A stretch of 63,858 nt of DNA, the filler included, from Saprolegnia diclina VS20 (taxonomy: Eukaryota), in NCBI RefSeq assembly GCF_000281045.1. It is 9 parts of 3 records of this genome, joined end to end, with 100 filler letters (N's around TTAATTAATTAA, not from the genome) between each part and the next. Parts side by side here need not be neighbours in the genome. Positions count along the whole stretch, not along the records: positions 6,001 to 29,518 come from NW_008246159.1; 8 more parts are not named here. One strand, 5' to 3'. Below the pieces are notes generated by a model. The model ran no database searches. It had not been told where the DNA came from and worked only from the letters and a program-made list of their open reading frames with translations. A program made the translations under genes and the position numbers. Of this stretch, positions 11,781-24,195 are shown piece after piece (position 1 is the stretch's first letter; every line of letters starts with the position of its first letter).

Positions 11781-14700
11781 TCACGTCTCGCTGCGCAGGT
11801 CCACGAGGAGTGCGAGCATGTTGTCAGCGCTGCCGCGGACGTAGGCCTCAATGACCAAGTCCTGTGCGATCTCGTACAAATCGTCGCGGTCGAGGCGCTC
11901 AAACACAAACCGCCCGGCGTCGTCGTTAGAGACCGTGTCCCAGACGCCGTCGGACGCGAGAACAATAAAGCTCGCGTCGCTCGGGTGGGCAAAATGGAGG
12001 ATGCTCGGGTCGTGGCTCACATACTGCCGCAGATGGCGGTCGCCCAGCGTGCGCGACACGGCGAGTTGGCCCATGACGCGCCAGACGCCAGCCATCACGA
12101 TAAAGCCTACGCATCGAAACAGGACCATAACAGTTTGTCGATCTCTTCTCTTCGTACCGCCGCTCGACTCGATGCGGCTGCGCTCGTCCGGCACGTTGGG
12201 CAAATGATCCACCGATATCGCTGAGCTCAGAGTGGCGTTGTGCGTGTAGAGCACAGCGCGCGAGTCGCCGACGTTGGCCGACACAAACCGTCGGTCGTCC
12301 GGAAAGTGCAACAGCAAAGTCAGCGTCGAGCCTACGGGCTGCCACGTCATAGCGATGTTTTCCATCAAATGATGCACCAGAAAAGTCGCTGGCACCGCTT
12401 GTCGCGAGGAATCCACTGTGCAAATCGGCGAGCGCTTGGCGAATCGCAAGATCTTCAGCGACCGTACCGTTCATCAGCGTCTTATAGCCTGCTTGGCTCG
12501 CCTACGCATGGGCATCTGGACTGTGCCCACGTTTCGCAACATACCTGAAGGTGGAAGCGCAGCCGGTCACTGAGGTGCTCCTTCGCATACGTCACGGCAC
12601 CGTGACCCATGTGGCCGTCCAGTACAGCGTAGAGGTCGTAGTTGGTTCCACTCTCTCGCCTCTACACCGATACATGATAGCGCGCTCTCAAAGTCGACAA
12701 GCATATCGTACTGGCACCACGAGCACCATGTCTTCCATGTACTGGCGGCGTCCGTGGAAGGCGCCGGTCCCGGCGTCGAGCGTTGTTGCCGGCAACGACA
12801 TTGGTGGCATTGCATGCCGAATCGAGTCCGATGCATAGTGGCAAAAGGCACTTGAAGCGTCGTGGTGGCGGGCGCGCAGGTGGCGGGTGCAGGCGTCGAC
12901 GGTCGCAAAGTGCCGCTTGCAGTTGCAGTGAAACGACGTCGGAATGTCGCGCACATTGCGCAGTACAAAGGACGTCGAGTGTCGCTGCGACTCCAAGTAC
13001 GCTTCGTGGACCTCGAGCTCGCGCCGCGTCGAAAACTCGCGGCCGGTCTCAGGGCAGACGTACGGGCCTTGAAAATACGCCTACAGTCAACAACAACGAC
13101 ACTATGGCTCCACCACATGGAAAAATGTACGTGCTCCAGGGCGTCGGTGGCCGAGATGCGCTTGGCGGGGTCCCATTGCAATAGTTTATAGAGTAAATTG
13201 AGGCCCCACGCATCTTGGAACCCCCGCTCGAGCGGATCCCGCGCTTGGATTGTCTTGTTGAACGTACCAAAGTTGCAGTCGCTGTGCACGAGAGCATAGT
13301 CGTTGTGGTACCGGTACAACGACGGCGGTTCGTAAATGCAAAACTCGGTAAACACATGCAGGAGGTAGCTCTTGCGCTTCGTCTCGTCGCTCTAGTAACC
13401 CATACGTCGTGGTAAGCAGAGAAGCGCGTGCGTACCTTGTGCTGGAGATGCACATCAAGCTTGGCGCGGGCGCGGGACGTGATCGCAAAGACGTGAGGTG
13501 AGCCGAGAATGAGCTCCAGAAACACGACGCCCACCGACCACATGTCGTACGACGTGGGCAATGCCGGGTCGTATGGAATATCACCGTGCAAGAGCACTTC
13601 CGGCGGCTGGTATTCGCGCGTCTCTTCGGCCTGCGACGGGCCTCTCTCGCCGTAGAGCACCTTGTTGGCGTACGTGTCGACGGCCGAGCCAAAGTCTACA
13701 CTTCTGCAGTCTAGCCTTCCAAGTAGGGGTAGGGTACCGGCCAGCTTGACGAGCACGGGGGTGTCTTGGTTGTTGACCAGAATGTTGGAGGGCTACAGCC
13801 AGGGTCGTCGTACGAGCTGCATCGATCGATATGATACCTTGATGTCACGGTGGACCATGCCTTTGGCGTGCACGGCCGCAACGCCTTGCAGCAGCTGCCG
13901 CATGATCTCTCGGAGCACGTCGGCGCCGCCTGGCTCGACGCGCATGCGATGCCAAAACAGCTACGTATGTCGTATCTCATGGCGGTGTGATGCTAAGAGC
14001 GCTGTACCGATGGCTGTACGAGCACGGAGGCCGACGCCCGCGTGCTGCTGTACATGTAGTGTCGCAGCGAGATGCCTTCTTCATAAAAGACGAGCCAGAG
14101 TTCTTGGGTTGGAAGAGACCCGTTCGCAGGGATCGGTCCGTCGCGGTAGAAATGCTCAACAAAGCTACAACACCAATGAGTCATGCTACGTCGGAACGTC
14201 ATCGCCGGCGTCAGCATCATGTACCGCGTCACGTGGGGTTCGTTGCGGAGACGCGCGCCAAAGTGGGCTTCCCGAAGTCCGCTCTGTAGGATGTGGCCGC
14301 CAAGCTCCTACGCACCGCAGTGAAGATGGTTTGCAAAGAAGATGCGCGCTACGGCGAAGACGCGCTTGAGGATGAACGGCTCGTCCTGCACGCTCTGTGG
14401 GTCGATGCGGACGGCCCGCCACACCTCGCCGTGGGCGCCACCTGCAAACTTCTACCACGCGCAAAAGTTGTAGGTGAGGAGGCCGTGGTGGCGTGTACCT
14501 TGCGCAGCCGGTAGTTTTCGTTGACGTAAATCGAGTCAATGTCGTCCGTGATGCATTGGTACTCGAGCGACGGCCCTTCGAGGCGCAGGCTCGCGGCGTT
14601 CTCGCCGCCCGTGAGCTGCTTCTGGTGCACCGGCACTTCGACGTAGTGCGTCTGGTGCACGATCACACCCGACTCGGGGCGGTTGCGATCCGGGCCGCAC

Positions 14701-14897
14701 ACGCCGAGCAGTGCCGTGCGCTCGACCAGCTGGTAGTTGCGCACGGCGTCGCCGGGCACCATGGCTTCGACGACCCGGCGCTCCATCGGAAACGAGGCAG
14801 TCGACGGCGTCGGGTACCGTTGCACAGCGGACGTCGCCGCGTCGTCCGCTGCTGCACTGACCAGCGCGAGAAGTGCCACGGCCCGGCGTGCGAGCAT
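11781..14897 (-). CDS. Ser/Thr kinase - C2H2 zinc finger - PP2C phosphatase fusion with putative signal peptide (multi-exon)
   Basis: N-terminus MLARRAVALLALVSAAA. Kinase motifs: GGAHGEVW, FILKR, VHRDIK, DFGS, YQPPE, YDMWSVG. Finger: CNCKRHF..C..HLRARH. PP2C motifs: GRRQYMED, AVLDGH, ANVGDSRA, LAVSRTLGD, LASDGVWD, GSADN. Confidence 0.85.
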
Positions 14898-15031
14898 CGT
14901 TGCAATCTTGCCAATTCGGCATCGTCTTGGTATCTTTCGGCATTGCACATGTCGCAATATGCCGAATATAATGGTACACGCGGCATATGCCGACTTTTCG
15001 ATGGAAAGGTCGCACAAGATACGCCAGCATC

Positions 15032-17888
15032 ATGAAGTGCATTGTGGTGCTCGTCTTCGCCGCGCTGGTCCGCCTCCATGCGCAGTCGCTCTCACAGGTG
15101 CCATTCCGGACCGTCGAAGGTACATCATCTGCATGCTGGACGAGAAGCACCGAGATGTGCGCGTAGCGTACTGGTCCTTTGGCGACGGGCTCAACGACTG
15201 GGCAACGTCGTCGACGGCCGCGATGGAGGCCGAGGTCAACGTCAACGGCGGTCTCTTGCACGGCGTGGCACTTGGCGAGTCGCCGTACATTGACTCGCCG
15301 CTGCTGGAGCTCGTGGTCGACGACCGTCACTACCTCGTGCTGCGCATGGCTTNNNNNNNNNNNNNNNNNNNNNNNNNNNNNNNNNNNNNNNNNNNNNNNN
15401 NNNNNNNNNNNNNNNNNNNNNNNNNNNNNNNNNNNNNNNNNNNNNNNNNNNNNNNNNNNNNNNNNNNNNNNNNNNNNNNNNNNNNNNNNNNNNNNNNNNN
15501 NNNNNNNNNNNNNNNNNNNNNNNNNNNNNNNNNNNNNNNNNNNNNNNNNNNNNNNNNNNNNNNNNNNNNNNNNNNNNNNNNNNNNNNNNNNNNNNNNNNN
15601 NNNNNNNNNNNNNNNNNAAGGTACGACGCCGTTATTGATAAGGCTGAGGTGGAGCATTGCTATTAGCACCGACCATCACCAAGGTGCGCGGTTGCATCGA
15701 CCAGTACTTTGCGACGAGCGCGCTCACGACGCCCGTGGCCAACGTGACGCTGCAGATGACCAAGACCAACGGTGTGCACCCTCGCTTTACATCTCTCTTT
15801 GGCCGCCTCTCGCTACCGTATGCGACAACGTACAACTGCATGGCCAACGACACGATCGCGATCCAAGGCCGCCACTTTGGCGACAACTCCATCGTGCAGA
15901 TCAACGGCCAGCCGTGCCGTGGGCCATCGACACTCCTTGCGCCGATGCTCGCCTCGGATACATTTGAGGAAGAGGTGCTGCTATGTACGTTGCCGCCCAA
16001 CGCGCTCGATGCACCCAACCCGGCAGTCGTGACCGTCATCAACGAAGCGTTCCGCGGGCTGCGCGTCGACGGCCGCTTCGTCACATATGCACGTTCGCAT
16101 CACCGTCTCTCGATACATCCTACACCAATCCTTTTCATGATCACTAGAGCCCGTGACGCTAACACAAGCACCGACGCTCTCCAACGTGGCAGCCCACGCG
16201 ATGGACGTGACGTGGGCCCCGCCGAGCGACGTTTGGCAGAGCCTGACGACGACTGGGTATATGGTGGCGTGGACCGACGGCACCGCCACCGCATCCGCGG
16301 TCGTCGGGAATGTCACGACAACGACGATTCGGCCGTTGGCCGCCAACACCACGTACAATGTCACCGTGACAGCCCTTGTCGAGAACCAAGTACACACGAC
16401 GCATAGCGACGACTGGTTGTGCTCACACGTATGAGGCAGCGCACGGCGCTATGGCAAGATGTGGATCAGTACGGGCGCCGGGCCGTGGACGGCACGGCTG
16501 TCATAGGCGGCCCGTCGCCGGTGGCTGGCCCGGCGGTGCGCACGCTCCTTCACGGTATACGATGCTTTTGTTAGAGTATACCACTGGTGGCGGTGCGTAG
16601 ACATTGCGTTCTCTAGCTTCTCGGCGGCAGCGATTCTCAACAACTCGGCCACGTATCCGCACACGACGCTAGGGCCCACGGGCGACGCGGGCGGCCAAGG
16701 CGCGTTTGGCCTCGTGCTCCTCGGCCACGCCAACGTACGCTCCTGGTTGTTACTGCATCGTTATCGAGGCTGGTACTACGAAGGTGCAAAATTGCAACAG
16801 CACTAGCGTCTGTTGCGACATCCTCGCGAGCACCAATGCGTGCTACCTCACGTGCGCGGCGCTGCCACTGGCAACGACCCGAAGCTCACCGACAGCGTCG
16901 CTGACGACGATCCGCAACAGTAGCGCTGTCACTGTGCCACCAGCTGTCTTGCCTCTTCCGCCGTGCGGGCCTGCGTTGCGCCTCACGGGCTCAGCGCCGT
17001 ATTTGACGGGGGCAGCGTGGTATCCTCGGCCCATGACGGTGAGCGAAGGCTTCTCGACGACCTTTGCGCTCCGCATTTCCAACCCGTCGTTCCACTGCAG
17101 GTTTATGGACGACGTGTCGACCCACTGCCGGTACTGTTGTCGTACTCGCACTGTCAAGTTTAGCATGGTGGTATGCAGATCGCGGGGCGGTGACGGTCTC
17201 GCCTTTGTGCTCCAAGGCGTCAATACCTCGGTTGTGGGACGGGGCGGCGCGGGACTGGGCTATGCGGGCCTCGAGAACGCGCTGAGTGTCGAGTTTGACA
17301 CGTGGTCGGTGGCTGCAACTCGTCGCGAATGGATGACTTAGGTAGTATGTACGCAGGTACAACGACGACCTCGCCGACGCTTACGAAAACCACGTAAGCG
17401 TCCAGACGCGGGGGTTTTCATCGCCGAACTCGGCCCACCATGCCTTCTCGCTCGGCGCTACGACCGCGTACGTGCGTTGGACCGCGCATTGCAGGCTCCC
17501 ACTCTATGTGCTGCAGGATCCCCGATCTCACGGACGGCAGCCACGTCGTGACCATCACGTACACGCCATGGCTCACGACCGACATGTTGTCACTGCGCCC
17601 AAGACATAGCGACTTAGCTACTTTGGTAGGGCGTTTGCGCCACACTTTCAGCCGTCGGCGTACGTGTCGCAGCTGCTCCCGCACTGGAACACGCTGGGTC
17701 TCGGGTGCCTTGCGATCACCCTCGACGGCCTCGACGTACTCAGCGTCCCACTGCACCTCGAGGCTACGTTGCAGCTGGGCATGGGCGGGCGCGCGTATGT
17801 GGGGTTTACGGCCGCGACCGGCGCCGCAGCGTGGCAGGTCCACGACATTCTCTCGTGGACGTTGGACGCCGACCGTCTGCTTTACTAA
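15032..17888 (+). CDS. Secreted protein with IPT/TIG-like, fibronectin type III and legume (L-type) lectin domains (multi-exon, spans an N gap)
   Basis: Signal peptide MKCIVVLVFAALVRLHA; intron 15120-15166. FN3: VTWAPP..GYMVAW..LAANTTYNVTVTA. Lectin: LRLTG..GAAWY, GGDGLAFVLQG, LSVEFDTW, AYVGFTAATG..HDILSW. Confidence 0.85.
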
Positions 17889-18065
17889 TTGCTTGCTTCT
17901 GCTCGGTTGCTGGTTGCAGTTGCGTGTTTTTAGACTCGGCGATGACGTGGCGCGTGCTGGCTCCAGAAAGTGTTTCGGTGATTCTGGTCGTCGCCAGGAG
18001 GACTCGCTGGTGCTGCGATGGCAATGCAGCCGCCCCTGTTTTTCATTAGCATTAAATTTCCTCAT

Positions 18066-19445
18066 CTAAAAGTCGATGTTGGCCGCCGTCAACTTGGCTT
18101 CAAGTTCGGCGATGCGCGCGTTCGCCGCGTCAAGCTCGGCCTGAAGCGCCGCCGCCGACTTGCCCGACGAGGCCGGGGCCGCGGTCGAGGACGGCGTCCG
18201 GGTGACGCGCGTCGGGCGGGCCGCGGCCGTGCCTTCCTTGCCGTGCGACGTGATCTCGCCAAACGTGTGCGGGTTGAGCGAGCTGAGCACTGGGCCCTTC
18301 TCCGAGCCAGCGAGCCATTCGTCGGCCGTGTGCGACGGCACGCCAGCGTACGTGTCCGGGTAGATGTCGTCCTGGAACGCGTCCGACTTGCGCGGCACGT
18401 ACACGTGGAGGGGCTCGACCGCGTTCGTCGTGAGCTTGAGGAGGCGCGTCGTCTCGCACGACATGATGTCGCAGCCGCGCTTGGGGATCATGGCCATACC
18501 ACGGGCAGCGACCGTCGAGCGGTACTCGTTGAGCGGGTACGCAAACGGGTCGGCGTCGTTCATCTCGTAGTAGCGGATGTTGCCGTCGCCCTTGCCGCAC
18601 AAGTACAAGATGTTGGTGTCGGCGTCGAAGAAGGGCATGATGACACCGGCGGCTTGGTCAATGTCAATCTTCTTGAGCTCCTTATCGAGCTTGCGCGGGT
18701 CCCAGACCTTGAGGCGGCGCTGCGACTGGCGGCTAAAGCCGACGGTCGCAAAGAGGTCCTTCTCGCCGAGGAACGTGAGCTTGACACTCTTGCTGCCCTC
18801 GTGCGCGTTCTCCTTCTGCGCCGAGACCTGGCCCGAGCGCGCATCGTAGAGGCGGACGACCTTGTCCTTGCACGTCGTCGCGAGCGTCGAGCCCGTCCAG
18901 TTCCACGCCATGTCCTGGACGAGGTTCTCCGTGTTGTGCTCCATGTTGACGATCTGCGACCCCTTCTCAATGTCCCAGAGGCGCACCGTGTAATCCGCCG
19001 ACGTCGAGGCCAAGACGTTCGAGGCCGTCGGGTGGAAGTACGTGAGCGTGACCTTGCGGCCGTGGCCCGTCAAGTCGACGAGCGGCTCGGTCATCGTCTC
19101 GGTGAGGCCGCCTTCCGGGATGCCCCACACCTTCAACGTCGTATCGTCGGACGCCGATGCAATGAGGTGCTCGTGGAACGGGTTAAAGTCAAAGTCCATG
19201 ATCGCGCCACGGTGGCCGCCAATGAGCGGGAAGTCCGGGTCGAACTTGCCGACCTTCTCGTAGGGCACGACCGCGAACGCGCCGCCGCCGGCCTGGATGG
19301 CCACGGCGAAGAACTTGGTGTTACCCTTGATGTAGTTCTGCTCGCCCGTTGCCGTCGCCAGGCGCAGGTTGGTGTAGCTCTTCTCGATCTTCGCAGGCTC
19401 CATGTACACATGGCGGTACTTGGACGCACGGACAAACTGACTCAT
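18066..19445 (-). CDS. CRN1: Coronin (actin-binding WD40 protein)
   Basis: MSQFVRASKYRHVY, WD40 repeats, GKGDGNIRYYE, VPRKSDAFQDDIYPDT and a C-terminal coiled coil; intronless 459-aa ORF. Confidence 0.97.
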   Translation of the reverse strand: MSQFVRASKYRHVYMEPAKIEKSYTNLRLATATGEQNYIKGNTKFFAVAIQAGGGAFAVVPYEKVGKFDPDFPLIGGHRGAIMDFDFNPFHEHLIASASDDTTLKVWGIPEGGLTETMTEPLVDLTGHGRKVTLTYFHPTASNVLASTSADYTVRLWDIEKGSQIVNMEHNTENLVQDMAWNWTGSTLATTCKDKVVRLYDARSGQVSAQKENAHEGSKSVKLTFLGEKDLFATVGFSRQSQRRLKVWDPRKLDKELKKIDIDQAAGVIMPFFDADTNILYLCGKGDGNIRYYEMNDADPFAYPLNEYRSTVAARGMAMIPKRGCDIMSCETTRLLKLTTNAVEPLHVYVPRKSDAFQDDIYPDTYAGVPSHTADEWLAGSEKGPVLSSLNPHTFGEITSHGKEGTAAARPTRVTRTPSSTAAPASSGKSAAALQAELDAANARIAELEAKLTAANIDF

Positions 19446-20365
19446 GATGCAGCCAAGACGACGAAAATGCTCGAATGGGGAAAAAGGCCAAATTGACTGG
19501 GATTTGTTTTATACACTGTTGCTTTCGATTTCATACACGCGATCTTTCGGGCTGTCGGAACCACCAGCGGTCGGCGCCAACGAGGTCCATGAGCGCACGA
19601 CCGCGCTAGAGAAGGCACGTACAGCAACCGCTGATGTACACCATTGACGGGTTTGGCATGGTGGACGCCACGCGGCCTACCGAGGCGTGTGCAGTGGCGA
19701 GCGTGACAAAATGGGCGACGTCCGTTACGGACGCGCCGCGCGAGCAACGTGTCGTTTACCGCCAAGGCGGCGCGTAGCCATCGCTTCGAGCTACGCTACA
19801 TTGCACCCATGGTTTATGCGCTAGCTTTCAACGCGGCTTTGTGGTGGACCGAGAGTATACTGTAAAGCAAGCGACGTCGTATAGACCTTGCCGAATGTGA
19901 TGTACAGTGTAAAATACACGAGTTTCAACGCTGGATTGAGTTGACTGCATAAAGGATGATCCTTCTTCGAGGTGTAGCGACGCCAATGACGCGTCGCGCC
20001 TCTCGCCTGGCCGTCAACAGAGGACCAAGATCCGGCGCCTATTGTCCCCACACGGCGATAAAGACAAGATCGTGTTTAAAACAGTGTTGTGTAACAAACT
20101 GGATCAAATCTTCGTTTCAGCCAATCACCAGCGCGACATTTGGGATGTAATGTTGAAGCGTACGTGATGTACGGCCATGTCTCGTATGTTTATTGCACTT
20201 GTTCTTTGTATGCAAAGACGTACGGCAAGAGCGTACAATATGTACGAGGCCAAATTTAATAAAATCGATGTTTGGGATTGTGAATACAGCGATCGAATGA
20301 TAAAATAAACGATCGCACAACGTGGCGCTCCGGAGACATCTTGGTTTCCAAGCACGACTGAGTGG

Positions 20366-20803
20366 ATGACGACCTGGGACGACGTCGAAGCGCAGGTCCG
20401 CGCCCGCGCCGAGGAGCTGCCGACGTGGGCGCTGGCGGGCGTCGCTGCCGGGACGAGCGCGGTGCTCATCTTCCTCTTCTGCATCCTCTGCAAATGCTGC
20501 TGTGGCCGCAAGCACAAGTCCCAGTACGAGGCCATCAGCAAGGACCTCGAGATGGAGGAGAAGGAGTTCGCCCTCGGACGCACGCTGGACGGCGACGACG
20601 ACGATGAGCTGCATCACTTGGAGGCCTCGACGACGATCGAGGACTTTAACGACGACGAGATGCGCCAGCTCGAGATGCTAGACGCGTACCGACAAAAGCT
20701 CGCCAATGACACGGGCGTGTCGAGCTCCGCGCCGTTGTCGCCGACGGCAGCCACCACGTCGCATCGACCAAAGCCCGCGAAGGCAACCGCCAATGACGAC
20801 TGA
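20366..20803 (+). CDS. Small single-pass membrane protein with juxtamembrane Cys cluster
   Basis: 145-aa ORF with coding bias; TM segment WALAGVAAGTSAVLIFLFCILC, then KCCCGRK and an acidic tail. Confidence 0.75.
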   Translation: MTTWDDVEAQVRARAEELPTWALAGVAAGTSAVLIFLFCILCKCCCGRKHKSQYEAISKDLEMEEKEFALGRTLDGDDDDELHHLEASTTIEDFNDDEMRQLEMLDAYRQKLANDTGVSSSAPLSPTAATTSHRPKPAKATANDD

Positions 20804-21709
20804 GCGCTAGGCAAGGTTGTATTTATTGTAGCATTGACGTCAATGAAAAGTTGGATCTGCGTCATCGTCGCTCTCGCAGACTGCACGTCCGAAGAGCACG
20901 CGTACCGTAGATGGACCAGCCATGGGTGTGCGCAGCTGCTTGAATTCAGGCTGCGCGTTCGTTGCGACGTGGGCGCTTCTCGCCACATCGCGCAATGTGC
21001 CGAGGCCCTTCTGGTCGCGAGATCGATGGAGACTGCCGTTGCGAGAGACTGTCCTTTTCGAGTGCAATGGCCTCTCGGTCGACGACGATGCGCGCAGTAG
21101 CGGCGAATATAAGCCAGCTACAGCTAGTTTGGCCAGCCGCGTCGTTGGGCCAAGGCTGACATCGCAACCATACTCCAACGCACCTTGATGGCTCCGTAGC
21201 GCTCGGTCTTGCGCTCTGGTGCTTGTACAGCGACCGATTCTTAGCTCTGGAATTTAGAGGGTGCACCGAAGCGGCAGCTTAAGTACCTCTCGGCGCAACG
21301 CAAGCAAGTCAAGCGCATGCAGACGGCATTGGAGTACACTGTAGGCTCCACGGAAGCGGATGTGCGTGCATTTGCATGGACACGAGCAGCTTGCGCTTGA
21401 TACGAAGTGCTGGAGCGCAGATCACCGCACGCTCGTTTTGCCAAATAAGCGTCGACGAGACAATGAACCACCAACTAACGGCGGTGGGAAATCACGTGTA
21501 CAGAAGTATCTGTGGCGCGCTCGCGCTTACTTTTGTGCGTGGCCCCTCTGTGCGCGACTGGAAAGGCTACGCGACACAGCGCGCGACACGCAGCTGATAG
21601 ATCGATGCATTACCGGAAGCTTGCCATTTGTATCAGTATCCGGATGATATCAGAGTATCGGTGTATCAAGATGGCTCGGACGAAGACGATCGCGCTGATT
21701 GTTGCGATG

Positions 21710-21728
21710 GCTCATTATTCAATTTGCC
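21710..21728 (+). promoter_or_regulatory. Oomycete Inr/FPR core promoter
   Basis: GCTCATTATTCAATTTGCC is a near-consensus match, ending 7 nt before ATG 21736. Confidence 0.65.
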
Positions 21729-21735
21729 ATCGACC

Positions 21736-21963
21736 ATGAACTCGCCTATTACCTTTGACGTCTGCGCGACCTCGCCGGTGCAGTTTGGCGCTCCCTCTAT
21801 TGAGGCGCCGATGACCGAAAGCATGGACGGCCAGTGGGTCTCGTCCGACGACGCGCTGCACCAAGTGAAAGAGGCTTCGTCGCTCGGCGCGTGGATGCTC
21901 GACATGGCTCTCGACGTCCCCATGAGCCAGCTCCAGTCGACGCAGGTGTACGTCCGCATCTGA
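21736..21963 (+). CDS. Small hypothetical protein (75 aa)
   Basis: MNSPITFDVC...QVYVRI*; GC3-rich codons; directly downstream of an Inr/FPR. Confidence 0.55.
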   Translation: MNSPITFDVCATSPVQFGAPSIEAPMTESMDGQWVSSDDALHQVKEASSLGAWMLDMALDVPMSQLQSTQVYVRI

Positions 21964-22761
21964 ACAACTCGTATCAAGCGATGCAGCGCCGTATGCAAGA
22001 TCGCCCCGATAGCAGCTACCGCCCCATACGCGCTTGACACCACGTTTCTGTTTGTATCTATTTATGTATCAATCGAGTCATGATGTCACCCATTCTCGTC
22101 TTGACACTTTGCGTGCAGGACGCCATGCATATCGAACGATGCGCTCGCCTCCAAGCTCATCTCAATGGCTACGATGTCTACGTAGTCCATCATAGACAAG
22201 GAGCCAACGAACACAACATGCTGGGTACATTCACATCAGCAAAGAGCACGCCAAATGGAGCCACAACATTCGGCAAACGACCCTTGCTGATGTTTAGCGG
22301 CAGTTTAAGACTCTCAGTTCTTATCGCCGATGCAAGCGGCCTCACTGACGAAACTATAGTCGAAGCTTGTTGATACATCTACGACCATGATCTACGACAT
22401 TGCTTCTCGTGGGATAGGGCAAGTGGTATGGCCTGGCAAGTTCTCGTAGACTGACGAAATGTCAATTCTCCTCGACAAATGAAGAACATGCAGAGCAAAA
22501 ACGAAGGACCGAATCACTACCGCGCAAGAAACATAGCCCAAAACAGCAATTGACCACATGTAAAAGTCCGTCTTGTGAGCGAATTCGTCAATTGTGGCGT
22601 GAAAACCCACCGCGTCCGAACGCTTTGCATGATGATGGGGAGAGAGGAACCTCTTATAGTTTATTCGGTTCAAAATATGTATGTTTAGAGTATCTCGATG
22701 CTGATTGGTGCGCGGGTGATTGGAAGTGTACACTGGTTGGTGGAAAGTGCAATTTGCCGCG

Positions 22762-24195
22762 ATGGACTACGAAGGGAAGCTCTCCAAGTCGGCGTCCAAC
22801 CAGCTCGCGCAGTCGCTGCGCAACGAAGAGAGCGGCCGTATCAAGCACACGGGCCGCGATGACCGCGCTACGTCCGAGCAGGTGCTCGACCCGCGCACGC
22901 GCATGATGCTCTACCGCATGCTCAACCAAGGTGTCGTGACCGAGATCAACGGCTGTCTCTCGACGGGCAAGGAAGCTAATGTGTACCACGCACGCCTCGG
23001 CGCCGGTGGCGAAGGCGCGATCAAGGTCTACAAGACGGCCATCCTCGTCTTCAAGGACCGCGACAAGTACGTCTCCGGTGAGTTCCGCTTCCGCCACGGC
23101 TACTGCAAGTCCAACCCACGCAAGATGGTCAAGCTCTGGGCCGAAAAGGAGATGCGCAACTTGAAGCGCCTCAAGGACGCCGGCATCTACTGCCCGGACC
23201 CGATCATGCTGCGGTCGCACGTGCTCCTCATGACGTTCATTGGTATTGACGGGTGGGCGGCGCCGCGCCTCAAGGACGCGCGTCTCTCCGAGTCGCAATT
23301 GCGCTCTGTGTACATTTCGTGCGTCAAGACGATGCGCGTCATGTACCAAGTGTGCAAGCTCGTGCACGGTGATCTCTCCGAGTACAACTTGCTCTACTTC
23401 CAGAGCAAGCTCTACTTTATCGATGTCTCGCAGAGTGTCGAGCACGAGCACCCGTGCGCGAGCGAGTTTCTCCGCAAGGACTGCAAAAACATCACCGACT
23501 TCTTCCAGAAGAGCGTACGTTCACGATGGTCTGACAGTCTTTTCTCATACTTTGTCGCGTAGGGCCTCGACCCGATGTCAACAAAGGAGCTCTTTGAGTT
23601 TGTGACGGACCCCCGGCAACTCAACGACGAGCAGGTCGATGCGATGCTCGATATGATCCAAGTCCAGGTTGAGGACCGCCCGACGACCAAGACGAACGAG
23701 CAGCAGGTCGAAGAAGCTGTCTTCATGCAGACCTTTATCCCGTCGTCGCTCGGCCAAGTGCTCAACTCGGAGCGCGATCAGCTTGCGTACGCCGAAGGCC
23801 GCATGGAGAAGACATTGTCGGCTGCGATTTCGCGCCTCGAGGTCTCGCAGCCGCGCCTCATGGACCTCCTCAACGTCGACGAGCTCGATATGGATGCGCT
23901 TGACGACTCGGACGACGACGATGACGACTCGGACGACGATGATGACGACTCGGACGATGACTCGGAAGATGACGAAGAAACGGACGAAGAGGAGACGGAG
24001 GAAATGTACAAGCAGCGCATGGCGTTCCGACAGGAGCGGCGCGAAGCCCGCGAGCAGGCCAAGGCCGCCGAGCGCGCCGAGCTCAAGGCCAACAAGAACC
24101 GCGTCAAAGAAGAGAAGCGCGAGAAGCGCGCGTCCAAGATCCCCAAGCACGTCAAGAAGCGCCACAAGAAGCTCTCCAAGCAAAAGAAAAAGTAG
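22762..24195 (+). CDS. RIO1: RIO1 atypical kinase (40S maturation); intron 23515-23562
   Basis: [68 protein letters not shown]; acidic then Lys-rich tail. Confidence 0.97.

Noticed and set aside
18018..19496. Long antisense ORFs (also 40260-41507, 37658-38761, 33359-34285, 29563-30546, 60511-61923)
   Set aside because: Shadow ORFs produced by the high GC3 codon bias of real genes on the opposite strand; no independent motifs.
23903..24000. GAC/GAT repeat tract
   Set aside because: The ordinary acidic tail of RIO1.
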